Shown in pieces: positions 48,872 to 61,200 of a stretch of DNA of 64,000 nucleotides. The stretch's first letter is position 1, and the number at the start of each line of letters is the position of its first letter. Source of the stretch: Entomomonas sp. E2T0 (lineage in GTDB: Bacteria > Pseudomonadota > Gammaproteobacteria > Pseudomonadales > Pseudomonadaceae); the NCBI RefSeq assembly GCF_025985425.1, contig NZ_CP094972.1, positions 2,963,540-3,027,539 of the forward strand, in the 5' to 3' direction. The position numbers and the translations under genes were made by a program. A model generated the notes under the pieces. That model was not told where the DNA came from, searched no databases, and saw only the letters and a list, made by a program, of their open reading frames with translations.

Positions 48872-49629
48872 TATTTATTTCCTGCTATGCGATAAATCGC
48901 ACCAAATTCATCTGCGTTGAGAGAAGCGCCACCAATTAGGCCCCCGTCAATATCAGGCATTGCAAATAATGCTTGTGCATTATCTGCTTTAACACTACCG
49001 CCATACAAAATCTGTATTTTTTGGGCAATAGCTTCATTCTTTTCAGCAATTAGTGATCTTATAAAACTATGCACTTCTTGCGCTTGTTCAGGCGTTGCCG
49101 TTAAACCAGTACCAATCGCCCAAACAGGCTCATAGGCAATAATAGCATTAGCCAAAACATCAATACTTAAAGTATCCATTATACTATTAAGTTGCGAAGT
49201 AATCACGGCAAATGTTTGATTATTTTCTCGCTGTTGCTGGGTTTCCCCAATACATAATACTGGCTTTAACTGTTGCGCTTGGGCAGCCTTAAACTTTTCA
49301 ATCAATATTGAATCTGTATCACCCAATAATAAACGACGCTCAGAATGACCTATTAATACTAATTGGCACCCTACATCAACTAGCTGACTAGCTGCAATTT
49401 CACCTGTTAAAGCTGCTTCTTTGGACTCTATTGCACAATCTTGAGCACCTATTATAATCGGTGTATCTTTTAGTGATTGTACTGCCTCAACAATAAATAA
49501 TGCTGGAGGAAACACAGCAATATCTACTTGCTGTTGCCATGTAAGATTTACTAATCCTGCTAACAATGCTTTAACACTAGCACTGTTACCATGCATCTTC
49601 CAATTACCTGCTACTAGTAGGCGACGCAT
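48871..49629 (-). CDS. tpiA: triose-phosphate isomerase
   Basis: MRRLLVAGNWKMHGN…IGHSERR…AYEPVWAIGTG. All catalytic motifs are present. Confidence 0.85.
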   Translation of the reverse strand: MRRLLVAGNWKMHGNSASVKALLAGLVNLTWQQQVDIAVFPPALFIVEAVQSLKDTPIIIGAQDCAIESKEAALTGEIAASQLVDVGCQLVLIGHSERRLLLGDTDSILIEKFKAAQAQQLKPVLCIGETQQQRENNQTFAVITSQLNSIMDTLSIDVLANAIIAYEPVWAIGTGLTATPEQAQEVHSFIRSLIAEKNEAIAQKIQILYGGSVKADNAQALFAMPDIDGGLIGGASLNADEFGAIYRIAGNK

Positions 49630-49710
49630 ACTTAACCTCGTCTATTAAGTTGGGCGCAAATATTACCCAAGCTAGCCCAAAGTAGCAAGTAAAAACTGTC
49701 GGATAATAAT

Positions 49711-50490
49711 TTATTTTTCAACAAACGCACGTTCTATTAGGTAATCAGCAGGGTCGCCCATACGTGGTGAAATTTTCATTCCAAAACTATCAAGCACTTG
49801 ACAGGTTTCTTCTAGCATGGAGGGACTACCGCACACCATAGCACGATCATGTTCTGGATTAATTGGTGGTAAGCCAATATCTTTAAATAATTTACCAATA
49901 CGCATTAAGTCAGTAAGACGACCATTATTTTCAAACGGTTCACGAGTCACTGTTGGATAGTAAATTAACTTTTCTTTCACCATCTCACCAAAAAATTCAT
50001 TTTCTGGTAATTGTTTAGTGATAAAGTCATAGTAACCCAATTCACTGATATAACGTACCCCATGAACTAAGATGACTTTTTCAAAGCGCTCATAAACTTC
50101 AGGATCTTGAATAAGGCTCATAAAAGGTGCTAAGCCAGTACCTGTGCTTAAAAAATATACATTTTTACCTGGTAATAAATCACCTGTAATTAATGTACCT
50201 GTTGGTTTACGGCTAACCAATAATTCATCACCCACTTTTAAATGTTGCAAACGAGAAGTGAGTGGACCGTCTTGTACTTTAATACTATAGAACTCTAAAT
50301 GATCTTCATAATTTGGGCTAGCGACACTATAAGCACGCGTCAACGGCTTACCATCTACCTGTAAACCGATCATTACAAATTGGCCATTTTGGAAACGCAA
50401 TCCTGGGTCACGTGTAGTCTTAAAACTAAATAAGGTGTCATTCCAATGATGAACGCTTAGCACACGCTCTGTGGCCATTTTACTCATCAA
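49711..50490 (-). CDS. fpr: ferredoxin/flavodoxin--NADP+ reductase
   Basis: FAD-binding RAYSVAS and NADP-binding LSTGTGLAPF motifs. 259 aa. Confidence 0.85.
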   Translation of the reverse strand: MMSKMATERVLSVHHWNDTLFSFKTTRDPGLRFQNGQFVMIGLQVDGKPLTRAYSVASPNYEDHLEFYSIKVQDGPLTSRLQHLKVGDELLVSRKPTGTLITGDLLPGKNVYFLSTGTGLAPFMSLIQDPEVYERFEKVILVHGVRYISELGYYDFITKQLPENEFFGEMVKEKLIYYPTVTREPFENNGRLTDLMRIGKLFKDIGLPPINPEHDRAMVCGSPSMLEETCQVLDSFGMKISPRMGDPADYLIERAFVEK

Positions 50491-50738
50491 AAACTCCTAA
50501 CAATTAACAGAAAAATAATGAAAATTAGTTTATTGATAACAATTATCGTTAACAATACTATAACAAATTAATTATGGTGGCACACTATAAGTGAGTTCTG
50601 TAATGAAGAAAAGCACTTATATAGTATAATTTGATCTTAGCTTATTAGTTGCTCTTATAACCAATTAATCTTTAGAGGTATTTTATTGTTATTTTTGGTT
50701 ATGAGTAACCAACCGGAATAGCTAGTTACTCAATACGA

Positions 50739-51833
50739 TTATTTACCTTTACGACGTTTACCCTCTTCATCCGCTGCACAAATTGCTGCTAGCACAGTTT
50801 GTGGATTGATCTCAGTGGCAATGTTAAAGATGGTCTCACCTTCTGCACAAGCTAACTGCGCTACTTTTAACAACTCTTCTTGAGTTACATTAGTTAAGCC
50901 AATATCAGCTAAAGTAGTAGGTAATCCTACTGCTTCACAAAAAGAATATGCTTCATCAATTACGTCAGGCGATCTATCTGTTAACATCAATAAACTTAAC
51001 GTACCAAAAGCAACCTTCTCACCATGCCAGTAATGATGGGTAGGTTCAAGTGCTGTAAATCCATTATGAATAGCGTGAGCTCCTGATAATCCACCACTTT
51101 CAAAACCAAGTCCTGATAATAAGGTATTGGCTTCTATTACTCTTTCTAATGCAGGTGTCACTACTTGCCTTTTAACTGCTTGTACTGCTAATACCCCATA
51201 TTCTAATAAGGTTTCATAACAAAAATTAGCTAAGTTATAAGCTGTAAACGAACCTTTACGGCCAGTCATATTAGGTGAATTACTAATATAACAATCTTCT
51301 GCTTCAAACCAAGTTGCTAATGCATCCCCCATACCCGACACAAGGAAACGAGCAGGTGCTTGTGCAACAATTTGGCTATCAACTAAAACTAATCGTGGAT
51401 TTTCTTTAAATGTTACAGCGCGCTTATACTCACCTGTAGTGGTGTAAACCACAGCTAAACCACTACAAGGCGCATCGGTAGAAGCCAATGTAGGTACAAC
51501 AACAACAGGACGATTAATGCTATCTGCTAAATATTTGGCTGTGTCTATTGTTTTACCACCACCCATTCCAACCACAACATCAGGAATATTATCTTTAGAC
51601 TGTGCTATTAAACGATTAATTTCTTCGTCACAACATTCACCAGCAAATCGCTCAAATACACAGCTCACATGAGATGCACAAGCCTTTTCAACCTGTTGAT
51701 GAAAGTTATCGTCTACAAATGGATCTAACAAAAGAAGTGCTTTTTTACCAAACCTTGCAAGCTCTTCACCTAATAAGTTTAGAGCCCCTCTACCTTGTAC
51801 ATAACGTGAAGGAAAAACTGAAGTAGAAATCAT
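50739..51833 (-). CDS. gldA: glycerol dehydrogenase (iron-containing ADH family)
   Basis: GGGKTIDTAK nucleotide-binding motif plus metal ligands (…HAIHNG…, …HGEKVAFG…). Collinear with GldA. Confidence 0.85.
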   Translation of the reverse strand: MISTSVFPSRYVQGRGALNLLGEELARFGKKALLLLDPFVDDNFHQQVEKACASHVSCVFERFAGECCDEEINRLIAQSKDNIPDVVVGMGGGKTIDTAKYLADSINRPVVVVPTLASTDAPCSGLAVVYTTTGEYKRAVTFKENPRLVLVDSQIVAQAPARFLVSGMGDALATWFEAEDCYISNSPNMTGRKGSFTAYNLANFCYETLLEYGVLAVQAVKRQVVTPALERVIEANTLLSGLGFESGGLSGAHAIHNGFTALEPTHHYWHGEKVAFGTLSLLMLTDRSPDVIDEAYSFCEAVGLPTTLADIGLTNVTQEELLKVAQLACAEGETIFNIATEINPQTVLAAICAADEEGKRRKGK

Positions 51834-51932
51834 AATACCCTCTTAGACCTTTATTGGTGTTAATGTTAGTAACATAACACCAATTATTAGAGAGTATATT
51901 GTTAATAATCAGTAAATTAACAGTAATATTAA

Positions 51933-52952
51933 CTATTTATAGCCATTTGGATTATTCGATTGCCAATACCAAGTATCCTTGCACATATCTTCTAGGCTGT
52001 ATTGAGTTTGCCAATTTAATAGCTCTTTAGCTAAGCTTGAATCAGAGTAGCAAATAGCTACATCGCCCGCTCTACGCTCTATGATCTTATAGTCTAGCTT
52101 TTTCCCACACGCTTTTTCAAATGCATGCAACATATCTAAAACACTATAACCTACCCCAGTTCCCAAATTAATAGGTCTGATACCCGGTTTAGTTTGTAGC
52201 CATTGCAATGCATTAACATGACCTTTAGCTAAATCCATCACATGAATGTAGTCTCTTACTCCTGTGCCATCATGGGTAGCATAATCATCACCATAAATAT
52301 TAAGATAAGGCCGCAAGCCAACTGCTACTTGTGCAATATAAGGCATAAGATTATTAGGGATACCTGTTGGATCTTCACCAATTAAACCACTAGGATGAGC
52401 GCCAACAGGGTTAAAATAGCGTAACAGTGCAATATTCCAACTATTATCAGCTTGATAAATATCCGTTAATATCTGCTCCAACATTAATTTGGATGTACCA
52501 TAGGGGTTAGTTGTTCCCCCTACAGGAAAATCTTCTTTAGCTGGTTTACCTTGAGGATCACCATACACGGTAGCGGACGAACTAAATACCAAATTCTTTA
52601 CTTGTGCCTTTCGCATTGCTTGGCACAATACTAGGGTACTGTTTATATTATTATCATAGTATTCAATGGGTTTTTGAATAGACTCAGATACTGACTTTAA
52701 CCCAGCAAAATGAATAACTGCATCAACAGTATATTGTGCAAATATTTTGTCTAAAATACTTCTATCTCTAACATCACCTTCTATAAAGTGAATGGTTTTG
52801 CCCGTGATTTTTTGCACTCGGCTAATAGCTTCATAATTACTATTACTCAGATTATCTATTACTATCACAGAATAACCTGCTTCTAGTAGCAATACACAAG
52901 TATGTGAGCCTATATAACCTGCGCCTCCAGTTACTAATACTGTTGATATCAT
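51933..52952 (-). CDS. galE: UDP-glucose 4-epimerase
   Basis: VLVTGGAGYIGSH Rossmann motif, catalytic YGTSK and a 339-aa length typical of GalE. Confidence 0.9.
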   Translation of the reverse strand: MISTVLVTGGAGYIGSHTCVLLLEAGYSVIVIDNLSNSNYEAISRVQKITGKTIHFIEGDVRDRSILDKIFAQYTVDAVIHFAGLKSVSESIQKPIEYYDNNINSTLVLCQAMRKAQVKNLVFSSSATVYGDPQGKPAKEDFPVGGTTNPYGTSKLMLEQILTDIYQADNSWNIALLRYFNPVGAHPSGLIGEDPTGIPNNLMPYIAQVAVGLRPYLNIYGDDYATHDGTGVRDYIHVMDLAKGHVNALQWLQTKPGIRPINLGTGVGYSVLDMLHAFEKACGKKLDYKIIERRAGDVAICYSDSSLAKELLNWQTQYSLEDMCKDTWYWQSNNPNGYK

Positions 52953-52955
52953 TAC

Positions 52956-53882
52956 TTAATTATCCTGCTTAACCATACTGACCCCTTCTAGTGTCGAAAA
53001 AGAGGTATCTTTTGCTGTTAATAAAAAATCCTGCATAAAGGGTGCATCAAACATATCTTCTCTAATGCCTGCATAAAGTGTTGCCTGTAATCCCTTTTCA
53101 CCTAAACGCTTAGCTTTTACGTAACCACGGCTACTATATTCATGTAAAGCCCAATTAGGTAAACAACATACCCCTCGATTAGAAGCAACTAACTGCACCA
53201 TCATCACGGTCATTTCACTCACTCTTACAGATAATGGCTCTATATCAGCAGGATCTAAAAATTGAGTAAAGATATCCAACTTATCATGTTCTACTGGATA
53301 AGTAATTAATATCTCACTTTTTAAATCTTCTGGTTCAATAAATGTTTTATTCGCTAATGGATGTTGATTAGCTACTGCTAACATTGCTTCATAGGTAAAG
53401 AGAGGCACATACATAATTCCTGATAACTGCATAGGATTTGCTGTAATCACTAAATCTAGATCCCCTCTTGCCAATGCTGGCAAAGGAGCAAAAGCAAATC
53501 CTGAAGCTAAATCAAGTTCGACTTCTGGCCATGCATCTCTAAATTGATCTATGGTAGGCATTAGCCACTGAAAACAGCTATGGCACTCAATAGCCATATG
53601 TAGACGACCCGCTGTGCCACCAGAAAGTCTTGCTATATCACGTTCAGCACTTCGCAATTGAGGTAAGACCTCATCTGCTAATGATAGCAACCTTAGTCCT
53701 GCGCTGGTAAAACGTACAGGTTTCGATTTTCTAACAAATAATTGTAAGCCTAAACGCTCTTCTAATTCTTTAAATTGATGTGATAATGCTGATTGTGTTA
53801 AGTGTAAGCGCTCTGCTGCTTCTACTAAACTATCCGTTTCTCGTAAAGCATAGAGGCTTTTTAAATGACGGACTTCTAACAT
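52956..53882 (-). CDS. metR: LysR-family regulator MetR
   Basis: [59 protein letters not shown] aligns residue-for-residue with E. coli MetR (MIEVKHLKTLQALRNCGSL…[31 protein letters not shown]). Confidence 0.8.
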   Translation of the reverse strand: [308 protein letters not shown]

Positions 53883-53915
53883 AACTTTAGTCCTAATTCT
53901 TAAAATAAAATAAGG

Positions 53916-54587
53916 TTAGCAACCACAAATTGCCCTATCAATCACCTGTTGTAGCTCTGCAACAGTATTGACAACAGCACCTGCTCCCCAATTATGAGGA
54001 TTATCCTGCGGATGGACATAACCATAACAAACAGCTAATGTTTTACAACCTGCTGCATTACCTGAATCAATATCGCGCTTATCATCTCCCACATACAAGA
54101 TAGTGCGTGGATCAATCGCCAATTGCTCAGCTGCCAATAATAAAGGTTCAGGACTAGGTTTACAGCAGTCTACATGTTCAGGACATACTAAGACTGCACA
54201 CCGTTTGGTTAAACCTAAACGTTCTAAAATAGGTTCAGCAAACCTTATAGGCTTATTAGTAACAATTCCCCATTTTATGCCCGCTTTCTCAATATCAGTT
54301 AATAACTTATCAATTCCTTTATATAAGTGAGAATGTACTGCACAGGAATGTAAATAGAGATCTAAGAACTCCAAACGCAATGATTCAAACTGTGGATCAT
54401 CTTCTGTAATATCAAAAGCTGCCACAACCATTGCTTTGGCGCCACCTGATACCACCTGCCTAATTTTTTCATCATCTACTGCTGCTAAGCCATGCTTATT
54501 CAACATCTGTTGGCTAATAGCTATAAAGTCTGGAGCAGAATCTAATACTGTACCATCCATATCAAATAATATAGCCTCAAACTTCAT
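53916..54587 (-). CDS. gph: HAD-family phosphoglycolate phosphatase
   Basis: DMDGTVLDS motif I, …VTNKP… motif II and …GDDKRD… motif IV. Confidence 0.7.
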   Translation of the reverse strand: MKFEAILFDMDGTVLDSAPDFIAISQQMLNKHGLAAVDDEKIRQVVSGGAKAMVVAAFDITEDDPQFESLRLEFLDLYLHSCAVHSHLYKGIDKLLTDIEKAGIKWGIVTNKPIRFAEPILERLGLTKRCAVLVCPEHVDCCKPSPEPLLLAAEQLAIDPRTILYVGDDKRDIDSGNAAGCKTLAVCYGYVHPQDNPHNWGAGAVVNTVAELQQVIDRAICGC

Positions 54588-54600
54588 AAACTCTTATCCG

Positions 54601-55305
54601 TTAATCAACACGCTGTGTTTGAATCATATAATTTACACTGACATCTCCAGCTAATTTATATGTCTTAGATAGTGGGTTATAAACTAGACCAATCATATCT
54701 TGCACATCTAAACCTGCTTCACGACACCATAAACCTAACTCAGAAGGCTTAACAAACTTCTGATAATCATGTGTACCCCTTGGTAATAAGCGAAGTACAT
54801 ATTCAGCGCCCACTATTGCGAATAAATAAGATTTTGGATTACGATTAATGGTAGACAAGAATATATAACCATTAGGTTTCACAAGTTTACGACAAGCTCT
54901 AATCACAGAGGATGGATCAGGAACATGTTCTATCATTTCTAAACAAGTGACAATATCATATTCCCCAGCATGCTCTTCAGCAAAAGCTTCTGCTGTACTT
55001 TTAAAATATTCAACAGCAACTTGAGATTCTAACTGGTGTAACTTTGCTACTGATAAAGGAGCATCACCCATATCAATACCTGTTACTATGGCGCCACGCT
55101 TAGCCATACCTTCGCTAAGAATACCACCACCACAGCCAACATCTAACACTTTTTTACCTGCTAAACTAATATGTTCTTCAATCCAATTAATACGTAACGG
55201 ATTAATATCATGCAATGGTTTAAATTCGCTCTCACGATCCCACCAACGACTAGCTAATGCCTCAAACTTAGCTATTTCTGCATTATCTACATTATTATTA
55301 CTCAT
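54601..55305 (-). CDS. ubiG: bifunctional 3-demethylubiquinone-9 3-O-methyltransferase/2-polyprenyl-6-hydroxyphenol methylase
   Basis: [33 protein letters not shown]… [16 protein letters not shown] motif. 234 aa. Confidence 0.9.
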   Translation of the reverse strand: MSNNNVDNAEIAKFEALASRWWDRESEFKPLHDINPLRINWIEEHISLAGKKVLDVGCGGGILSEGMAKRGAIVTGIDMGDAPLSVAKLHQLESQVAVEYFKSTAEAFAEEHAGEYDIVTCLEMIEHVPDPSSVIRACRKLVKPNGYIFLSTINRNPKSYLFAIVGAEYVLRLLPRGTHDYQKFVKPSELGLWCREAGLDVQDMIGLVYNPLSKTYKLAGDVSVNYMIQTQRVD

Positions 55306-55395
55306 AATACTCCCTCACAAAGGAGCCCTATAAAGAGGACACTATTCTAAAAATTGAAATATTATCCTTTATACAAGTCATAACATCCACTGTTT

Positions 55396-55845
55396 TTAAT
55401 AATTACTACAATTTTGGCTATATTCTAATTCACGTTTTTGAACAAAAGCCTGAATTTCTTCATCACTATAATAATGTCTAGAGCCATCACTATTAATATC
55501 TACCATTCTTGGAGGATCTTTCTTAATATTCTGTAAGCGATTATATTCCTTTTCACATTGCTCTCGAATCCTCTCACGTTGATCAGACAGCTCTCTTTGC
55601 TGTTGAAGCATATATGCTTCTTGTTGACGACGATAAGATATGTCTTCCGTAGAACTTTGTGCAGGAATCATATTTATTTTCTTAAGTTGATCTTTTTCGA
55701 TAATACTAGCTTGTTTTTGTTTAGCTTCTACTGGATTATCTGTGTAATGCACTTTATCTTGAGCGTCTCGCCATTGGTACATTTGCTGTGCGCACACTGT
55801 ACTAACAGCTACTAACAACACACTCACTAGTGTTATCTTTTTCAT
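55396..55845 (-). CDS. secreted DUF4124-domain protein
   Basis: Signal peptide followed by MYQWRDAQDKVHYTDNP (DUF4124 Y-x-D-x-P motif). Then a Gln/Arg/Glu-rich helix. Confidence 0.5.
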   Translation of the reverse strand: MKKITLVSVLLVAVSTVCAQQMYQWRDAQDKVHYTDNPVEAKQKQASIIEKDQLKKINMIPAQSSTEDISYRRQQEAYMLQQQRELSDQRERIREQCEKEYNRLQNIKKDPPRMVDINSDGSRHYYSDEEIQAFVQKRELEYSQNCSNY

Positions 55846-55890
55846 TACTTACCTGCACTCAATAAATTTATTGACTACTGTATAACATTA

Positions 55891-57324
55891 TTAAAAGGCT
55901 TTTTGGGTAACTAACTTTGTTTGTAAATAACAATTAATTGCTTCACTACCACCTTCAGTACCATAGCCTGAATCTTTAATTCCACCGAAGTGCACTTCTG
56001 GATAAGCTAAGCCTAGATGGTTAATAGTCAACATACCAGATTGTATTTTTTTAGCCAATAATGTAGCTGTCGCTAAGCTTTGTGTATAAGCATATGCCGC
56101 TAGACCATAAGGCAAACGATTCGCTTCTTTTATGGCTTCATCAATCGTATCAAAACTACACATTAATGCAATAGGACCAAATGGTTCTTCAGACATAATA
56201 TCAGCTGCAAGTGGTACATTGCCCAATACCGTTGGTTCAAAGAAATATCCTTTACCTGCAATGGGTTTACCTCCTAATAATAATTTAGCGCCCTTATCTG
56301 TAGCATCTTTAATTAAACGTTCTAAAGTTGGTATACGACGCTCATTCGCCAAAGGTCCCATTTTAGTATCTTGTTCACTTCCCTTACCTACTTTAATCTT
56401 ACGAGCTCCATCAACAAAACGCTCTACAAACTGATCATAAATACTAGAATGAATTAAAAAACGAGTGGGAGATATACATACCTGTCCCGCATTACTATAT
56501 TTATAAATACACATTTGTTTAACTGCTATATCTAAATCAGCATCCTCACAAACGATAACAGGTGCATGCCCTCCCAGCTCCATTGTTGCTAATTTCATAT
56601 GTTGTCCAGCCATAGCGGCTAATTGTTTACCCACTGCTGTTGATCCTGTGAATGAAATTTTACGTACTAATGGATGAGGTATCAGATAATTAGAAATATC
56701 GGCAGGAACACCATACACTAAATTAATAACACCCTCTGGAATACCAGCATCAGCAAATGCCTTTATTAACTCCGCTGGCGAGATAGGCGTTTCCTCTGGT
56801 GCTTTTACAATAATAGAACAACCTGCGGCCAATGCTGCTGAAAGCTTACGCACCACTTGATTAATAGGAAAATTCCACGGTGTAAAAGCGGCTACAATAC
56901 CTACAGGCTCTTTTATTTGTAATTGGCAAACACCCTCTTCACGTGCAGGAACTATCTGCCCATAAGCACGGCGACCTTCCTCGGCAAACCAATCAATTAC
57001 ATCAGCACCCGATAATACCTCACCTTTTGCTTGGGCTGATGGTTTACCTTGCTCTTCTGTCATTTTTGCTGCTATATCTGTTGCTCTTTCTCGTAATAAA
57101 TTAGCGGCTTTACGCATTAACTTATAACGTTCAAAAGCAGATATTTCACTCCACACCTGTAAACCTTTTTCTGCTGCACTTAATGCTAAATCTAAGTCTT
57201 CTTGTTCTGCGTGCGCTAGCTGACCAATAACTTCTTCTGTTGCTGGATTAATAATATCAATTTTTTTGCCTGACTTAGCATCACACCATTTACCATCTAT
57301 AAATAACTGTACAGCTATACTCAT
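55891..57324 (-). CDS. NAD(P)-dependent aldehyde dehydrogenase (succinate-semialdehyde dehydrogenase-like)
   Basis: ALDH family: …FTPWNFP…, catalytic Cys in …[11 protein letters not shown]…, and Glu in …ELGGHAP…. Confidence 0.85.
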   Translation of the reverse strand: MSIAVQLFIDGKWCDAKSGKKIDIINPATEEVIGQLAHAEQEDLDLALSAAEKGLQVWSEISAFERYKLMRKAANLLRERATDIAAKMTEEQGKPSAQAKGEVLSGADVIDWFAEEGRRAYGQIVPAREEGVCQLQIKEPVGIVAAFTPWNFPINQVVRKLSAALAAGCSIIVKAPEETPISPAELIKAFADAGIPEGVINLVYGVPADISNYLIPHPLVRKISFTGSTAVGKQLAAMAGQHMKLATMELGGHAPVIVCEDADLDIAVKQMCIYKYSNAGQVCISPTRFLIHSSIYDQFVERFVDGARKIKVGKGSEQDTKMGPLANERRIPTLERLIKDATDKGAKLLLGGKPIAGKGYFFEPTVLGNVPLAADIMSEEPFGPIALMCSFDTIDEAIKEANRLPYGLAAYAYTQSLATATLLAKKIQSGMLTINHLGLAYPEVHFGGIKDSGYGTEGGSEAINCYLQTKLVTQKAF

Positions 57325-57524
57325 TATATTTCTCCAAACTAGTTGTTAATTATAATTATTTTGTGCATATAAACTTTTCAATGATTTAATCAAATACTTA
57401 AATCTTGTTGTTAATTTTTTAAGATATAAGAAATAAATCACTAGTTCTACTATATATTAGTGGAAGATTATTAAATAACTAAAGAAAACTGCTACACTAT
57501 ATTACATAGCTATATAGGAAAATA

Positions 57525-58073
57525 ATGATGGCAAAATATTGGGTACTCTTACTTAGTTTTATTACTTTACTAAGCTGTGAACAAAAAAATACGCCTACAG
57601 ATACCAATAAAATGTCACCAAAAACTAACAGTCCTAGTTATAAAACAAATGCCACCAACAGTGCATGGACTACAAAAACTCAAAATACAAATAAAGGTAT
57701 GATTTATTCAGCCTCTCTACCTGCCTCAATGATCGATACTAGCTTTGGCAATCCTATAACACTAAATATTCTCTGCAATCAAGGAGCTACTGAACTTACT
57801 ATTAACTGGGGACAACATGTACCCCGTGGCAGTAAAATGTCTGTTTACTTACAAACAGACACCCAACAATTTGCTAACACTGAATGGCGATATCTTAAAG
57901 ACACTGCAACAGCTTATGCTTATCAACCATACGATATTCTACCTTCACTCATTAAATCGAATAAACTAACTGTACGCACTACTTTCTTTCAAGGTAGTAT
58001 TGCTACAGCAAAATTTGATCTATCTGGCGTTACTCAAGCAGTTAAAGATATCCGCAAAGCTTGTTATTGGTAA
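57525..58073 (+). CDS. hypothetical lipoprotein
   Basis: Lipobox …TLLSC at the end of the signal peptide. Thr/Asn-rich linker, then a beta-rich domain ending in a Cys (…KACYW). Confidence 0.4.
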   Translation: MMAKYWVLLLSFITLLSCEQKNTPTDTNKMSPKTNSPSYKTNATNSAWTTKTQNTNKGMIYSASLPASMIDTSFGNPITLNILCNQGATELTINWGQHVPRGSKMSVYLQTDTQQFANTEWRYLKDTATAYAYQPYDILPSLIKSNKLTVRTTFFQGSIATAKFDLSGVTQAVKDIRKACYW

Positions 58074-58288
58074 CTGCTTAAGCAATTAAATAAGCTATTA
58101 TTTGTAACAACTGATACATACAAAGCTGTACAAAATTACTATCTATCACTTAGTAGTACTATATTTGCTTAACTAAACATAATAACTATTTACTTTTTGC
58201 CTGCATAGATCATCATTGATCTTGGCTAAGATTATAGTTTATTTATTAAAATATAATGATTTACAGAATAAATTTAAATTGTAATTGA

Positions 58289-61200
58289 GTGACTATGAAT
58301 TCGAAATTAAATATTTCTAAGCTTCCCTTGGCAACCTTATATATAGGCATAGATATAGGTTCTACTACTGTTAAAGTATTGGTTATGGATGAGCAGCATA
58401 AAATACTTTATAAAACCTATACTCGCCATTTCTCCGAAGTTAGAGATACTGTAATTCGTTGTATAAATGAGCTAGCTGAAACTAACTTATTTAACTTAGC
58501 TTCCCCAGCCACATTAGTTGTAACGGGCTCAGGTGGTATAGATGTAGCTGAAATTATTGGTTACCCCTTTGTGCAAGAAGTCATTGCCTGTGCTAAAGCA
58601 GTAGAAACGTTTATTCCAGAAACAGATGTGTCTATTGAGCTAGGTGGTGAAGACGCCAAAATAACATTCTTTAGCAATGGCATAGAACAACGCATGAATG
58701 GTTCATGTGCAGGTGGTACAGGTGCATTTATTGACCAAATGGCAAGTTTACTAAAAACAGATGCTATTGGTTTAAACGAATTAGCCGAAAATGCTACCAA
58801 TATTTACCCCATTGCAGCGCGTTGTGGTGTATTTGCTAAAACAGATGTACAGCCCTTACTCAATGAAGGCGTCGCCAAAAAGGATATTGCTCTTTCTATT
58901 TTTCAAGCAGTAGCACAGCAAACCATTAGCGGCCTTGCTTGTGGTCGTAAAATTAAGGGGCAAGTAGTATTTTTAGGTGGTCCCCTTAATTTTTTACCTG
59001 AACTTAAAAAACGCTTTATTGAAGTGCTTCAGCTTACTGAGCAAGATATTGTTAAACCAAAAGACAGTGAATTGTTTGTAGCAATGGGCGCAGCATTACA
59101 TGGCGATAGCAGTAAAGCAACACCACTAAAACAAATTTTTAATTCTTTTCAAAATCTTAGTAATCAACAACAGCGAGAAATTAATACATTACGCCCACTA
59201 TTTCTCAATCAACAAGAACGACAAGCATTTGAACAACGCCACAATAACTCTAATGTAGTACGTGGTGATTTACAAACTTACCAAGGACCTCTATTTCTTG
59301 GCCTAGACTGTGGATCGACGACTACTAAAGCAACATTAATAGGTGAAAACTGTGAATTACTTTATAGCTATTATGGTAGTAATGAAGGTGATCCTTTAAA
59401 AATAGTCAGTAATATTTTACAAGAAATCTACGCACAATTACCTGCCACAGCTTCTATTGCTGCTTCTTCGGTGACAGGCTATGGCGAGGCACTTATTCGA
59501 GAAGCTTACAAACTAGATACCTCAGAAGTAGAAACTATTGCTCACTATAAAGCAGCCAATCATTTTCTACCTGGTGTTGATTGTATCCTTGATATTGGTG
59601 GGCAAGATATGAAATGCCTACGTGTTAAAGATGGCATTATTGATAACATCCTACTAAATGAAGCCTGCTCATCTGGCTGTGGCTCTTTTATTGAAACCTT
59701 TGCCCAAGCAGTGGAAACACCTATTAATGAGTTTGCTAAAATTGCCTTGGATTCAGCAGCACCTGCTGATTTAGGTTCTCGCTGCACAGTCTTTATGAAC
59801 TCCAGTGTTAAACAGGCTCAAAAAGAGGGGGCAACGGCTGCTGATATTTCAGCAGGGCTGTCCTATGCTGTTATTAAAAATGCGCTTATTAAAGTCATGA
59901 AAGTTAAAAATCCCCAAGACTTAGGGGAAAAAATTATTGTACAAGGTGGTACTTTCTATAATGACTCCGTACTGAGGGCATTCGAACTTATTTCAGGACG
60001 AGAACCTATTCGTCCAGATATTGCGGGATTAATGGGTGCATTTGGTTCAGCTATCATTGCCAAAGAACGTTGGCAAGGAATTGAAAACTCCACCATGCTT
60101 AACCAACGAAGTATCGCCAACTTTTCTGTTAAACATAATATGGTGCGCTGTAAGGTCTGTACTAACAATTGCTCAATGACACTGAATCGTTTTTCAGATG
60201 GTCGTAAATTTATTACCGGCAATCGTTGTGAACGTGGCTTAGGAAAAAAACAAGCAGCCAACGCTATCCCAGACCTCTACACCTATAAATATGAACGTAT
60301 TTTCAACTACATTCCTCTAGAAAAAGAACAGGCTAAATATGGCACTATTGGTATTCCAAGAGTGCTTAATATGTATGAAAACTATCCGCTATGGTTTACG
60401 TTTTTAACAGAATTAGGATTTAGAGTAGAACTTTCAGCAGAATCCTCTAAACCACTTATGGAAAAAGGGTTAGATACCCTCCCCTCAGATTCAATTTGCT
60501 ATCCAGCTAAATTAGTTCATGGTCATATTATTGATTTAATAGAAAAAGATATAAAAACAATTTTTTATCCTTGTGTACCTTTTGAAAACAAAGAGTATGC
60601 AGATAGCCATAACCATTTTAATTGCCCTATAGTAACCTCTTATCCTGAACTAATTCGTAACAATATAGATTTACTTAAAGAACAAAATATTAATTTTATG
60701 CAGCCTTTCTTATCACTAGAAGATAAGAAAAAACTAGCTAAACGCCTAGTGGATATATTTACGCCCTTTAATATCAACTCCTCTATTATTCGCAAAGCAT
60801 TAGATAAAGCATGGCACGAGCAAGAACAGTTTAAACAAGATATTCAAGAAAAAGGCTTAGAAGTTCTCGAATATATGGAGGAAACAGGAACACATGGTAT
60901 TGTTTTATCAGGACGGCCTTATCATATAGACCCTGAAATTCATCATGGTATTCCTCAAGTTATTACTACTCTGGGTATGGCCGTTTTAACAGAAGATTCT
61001 ATTGCTTTTTTAGGCAAACTAAATGAACCTTTACGTGTAGTAGACCAGTGGACATACCATGCTCGTCTCTATAGAGCTGCCGCTACAGTCGCTAACAAGA
61101 AGAATCTTGATCTTATTCAACTAAACTCTTTTGGCTGTGGATTGGATTCTGTAGTAACTGATCAAGTACAAGAAATTCTAGAACAACATGGCAAAATTTA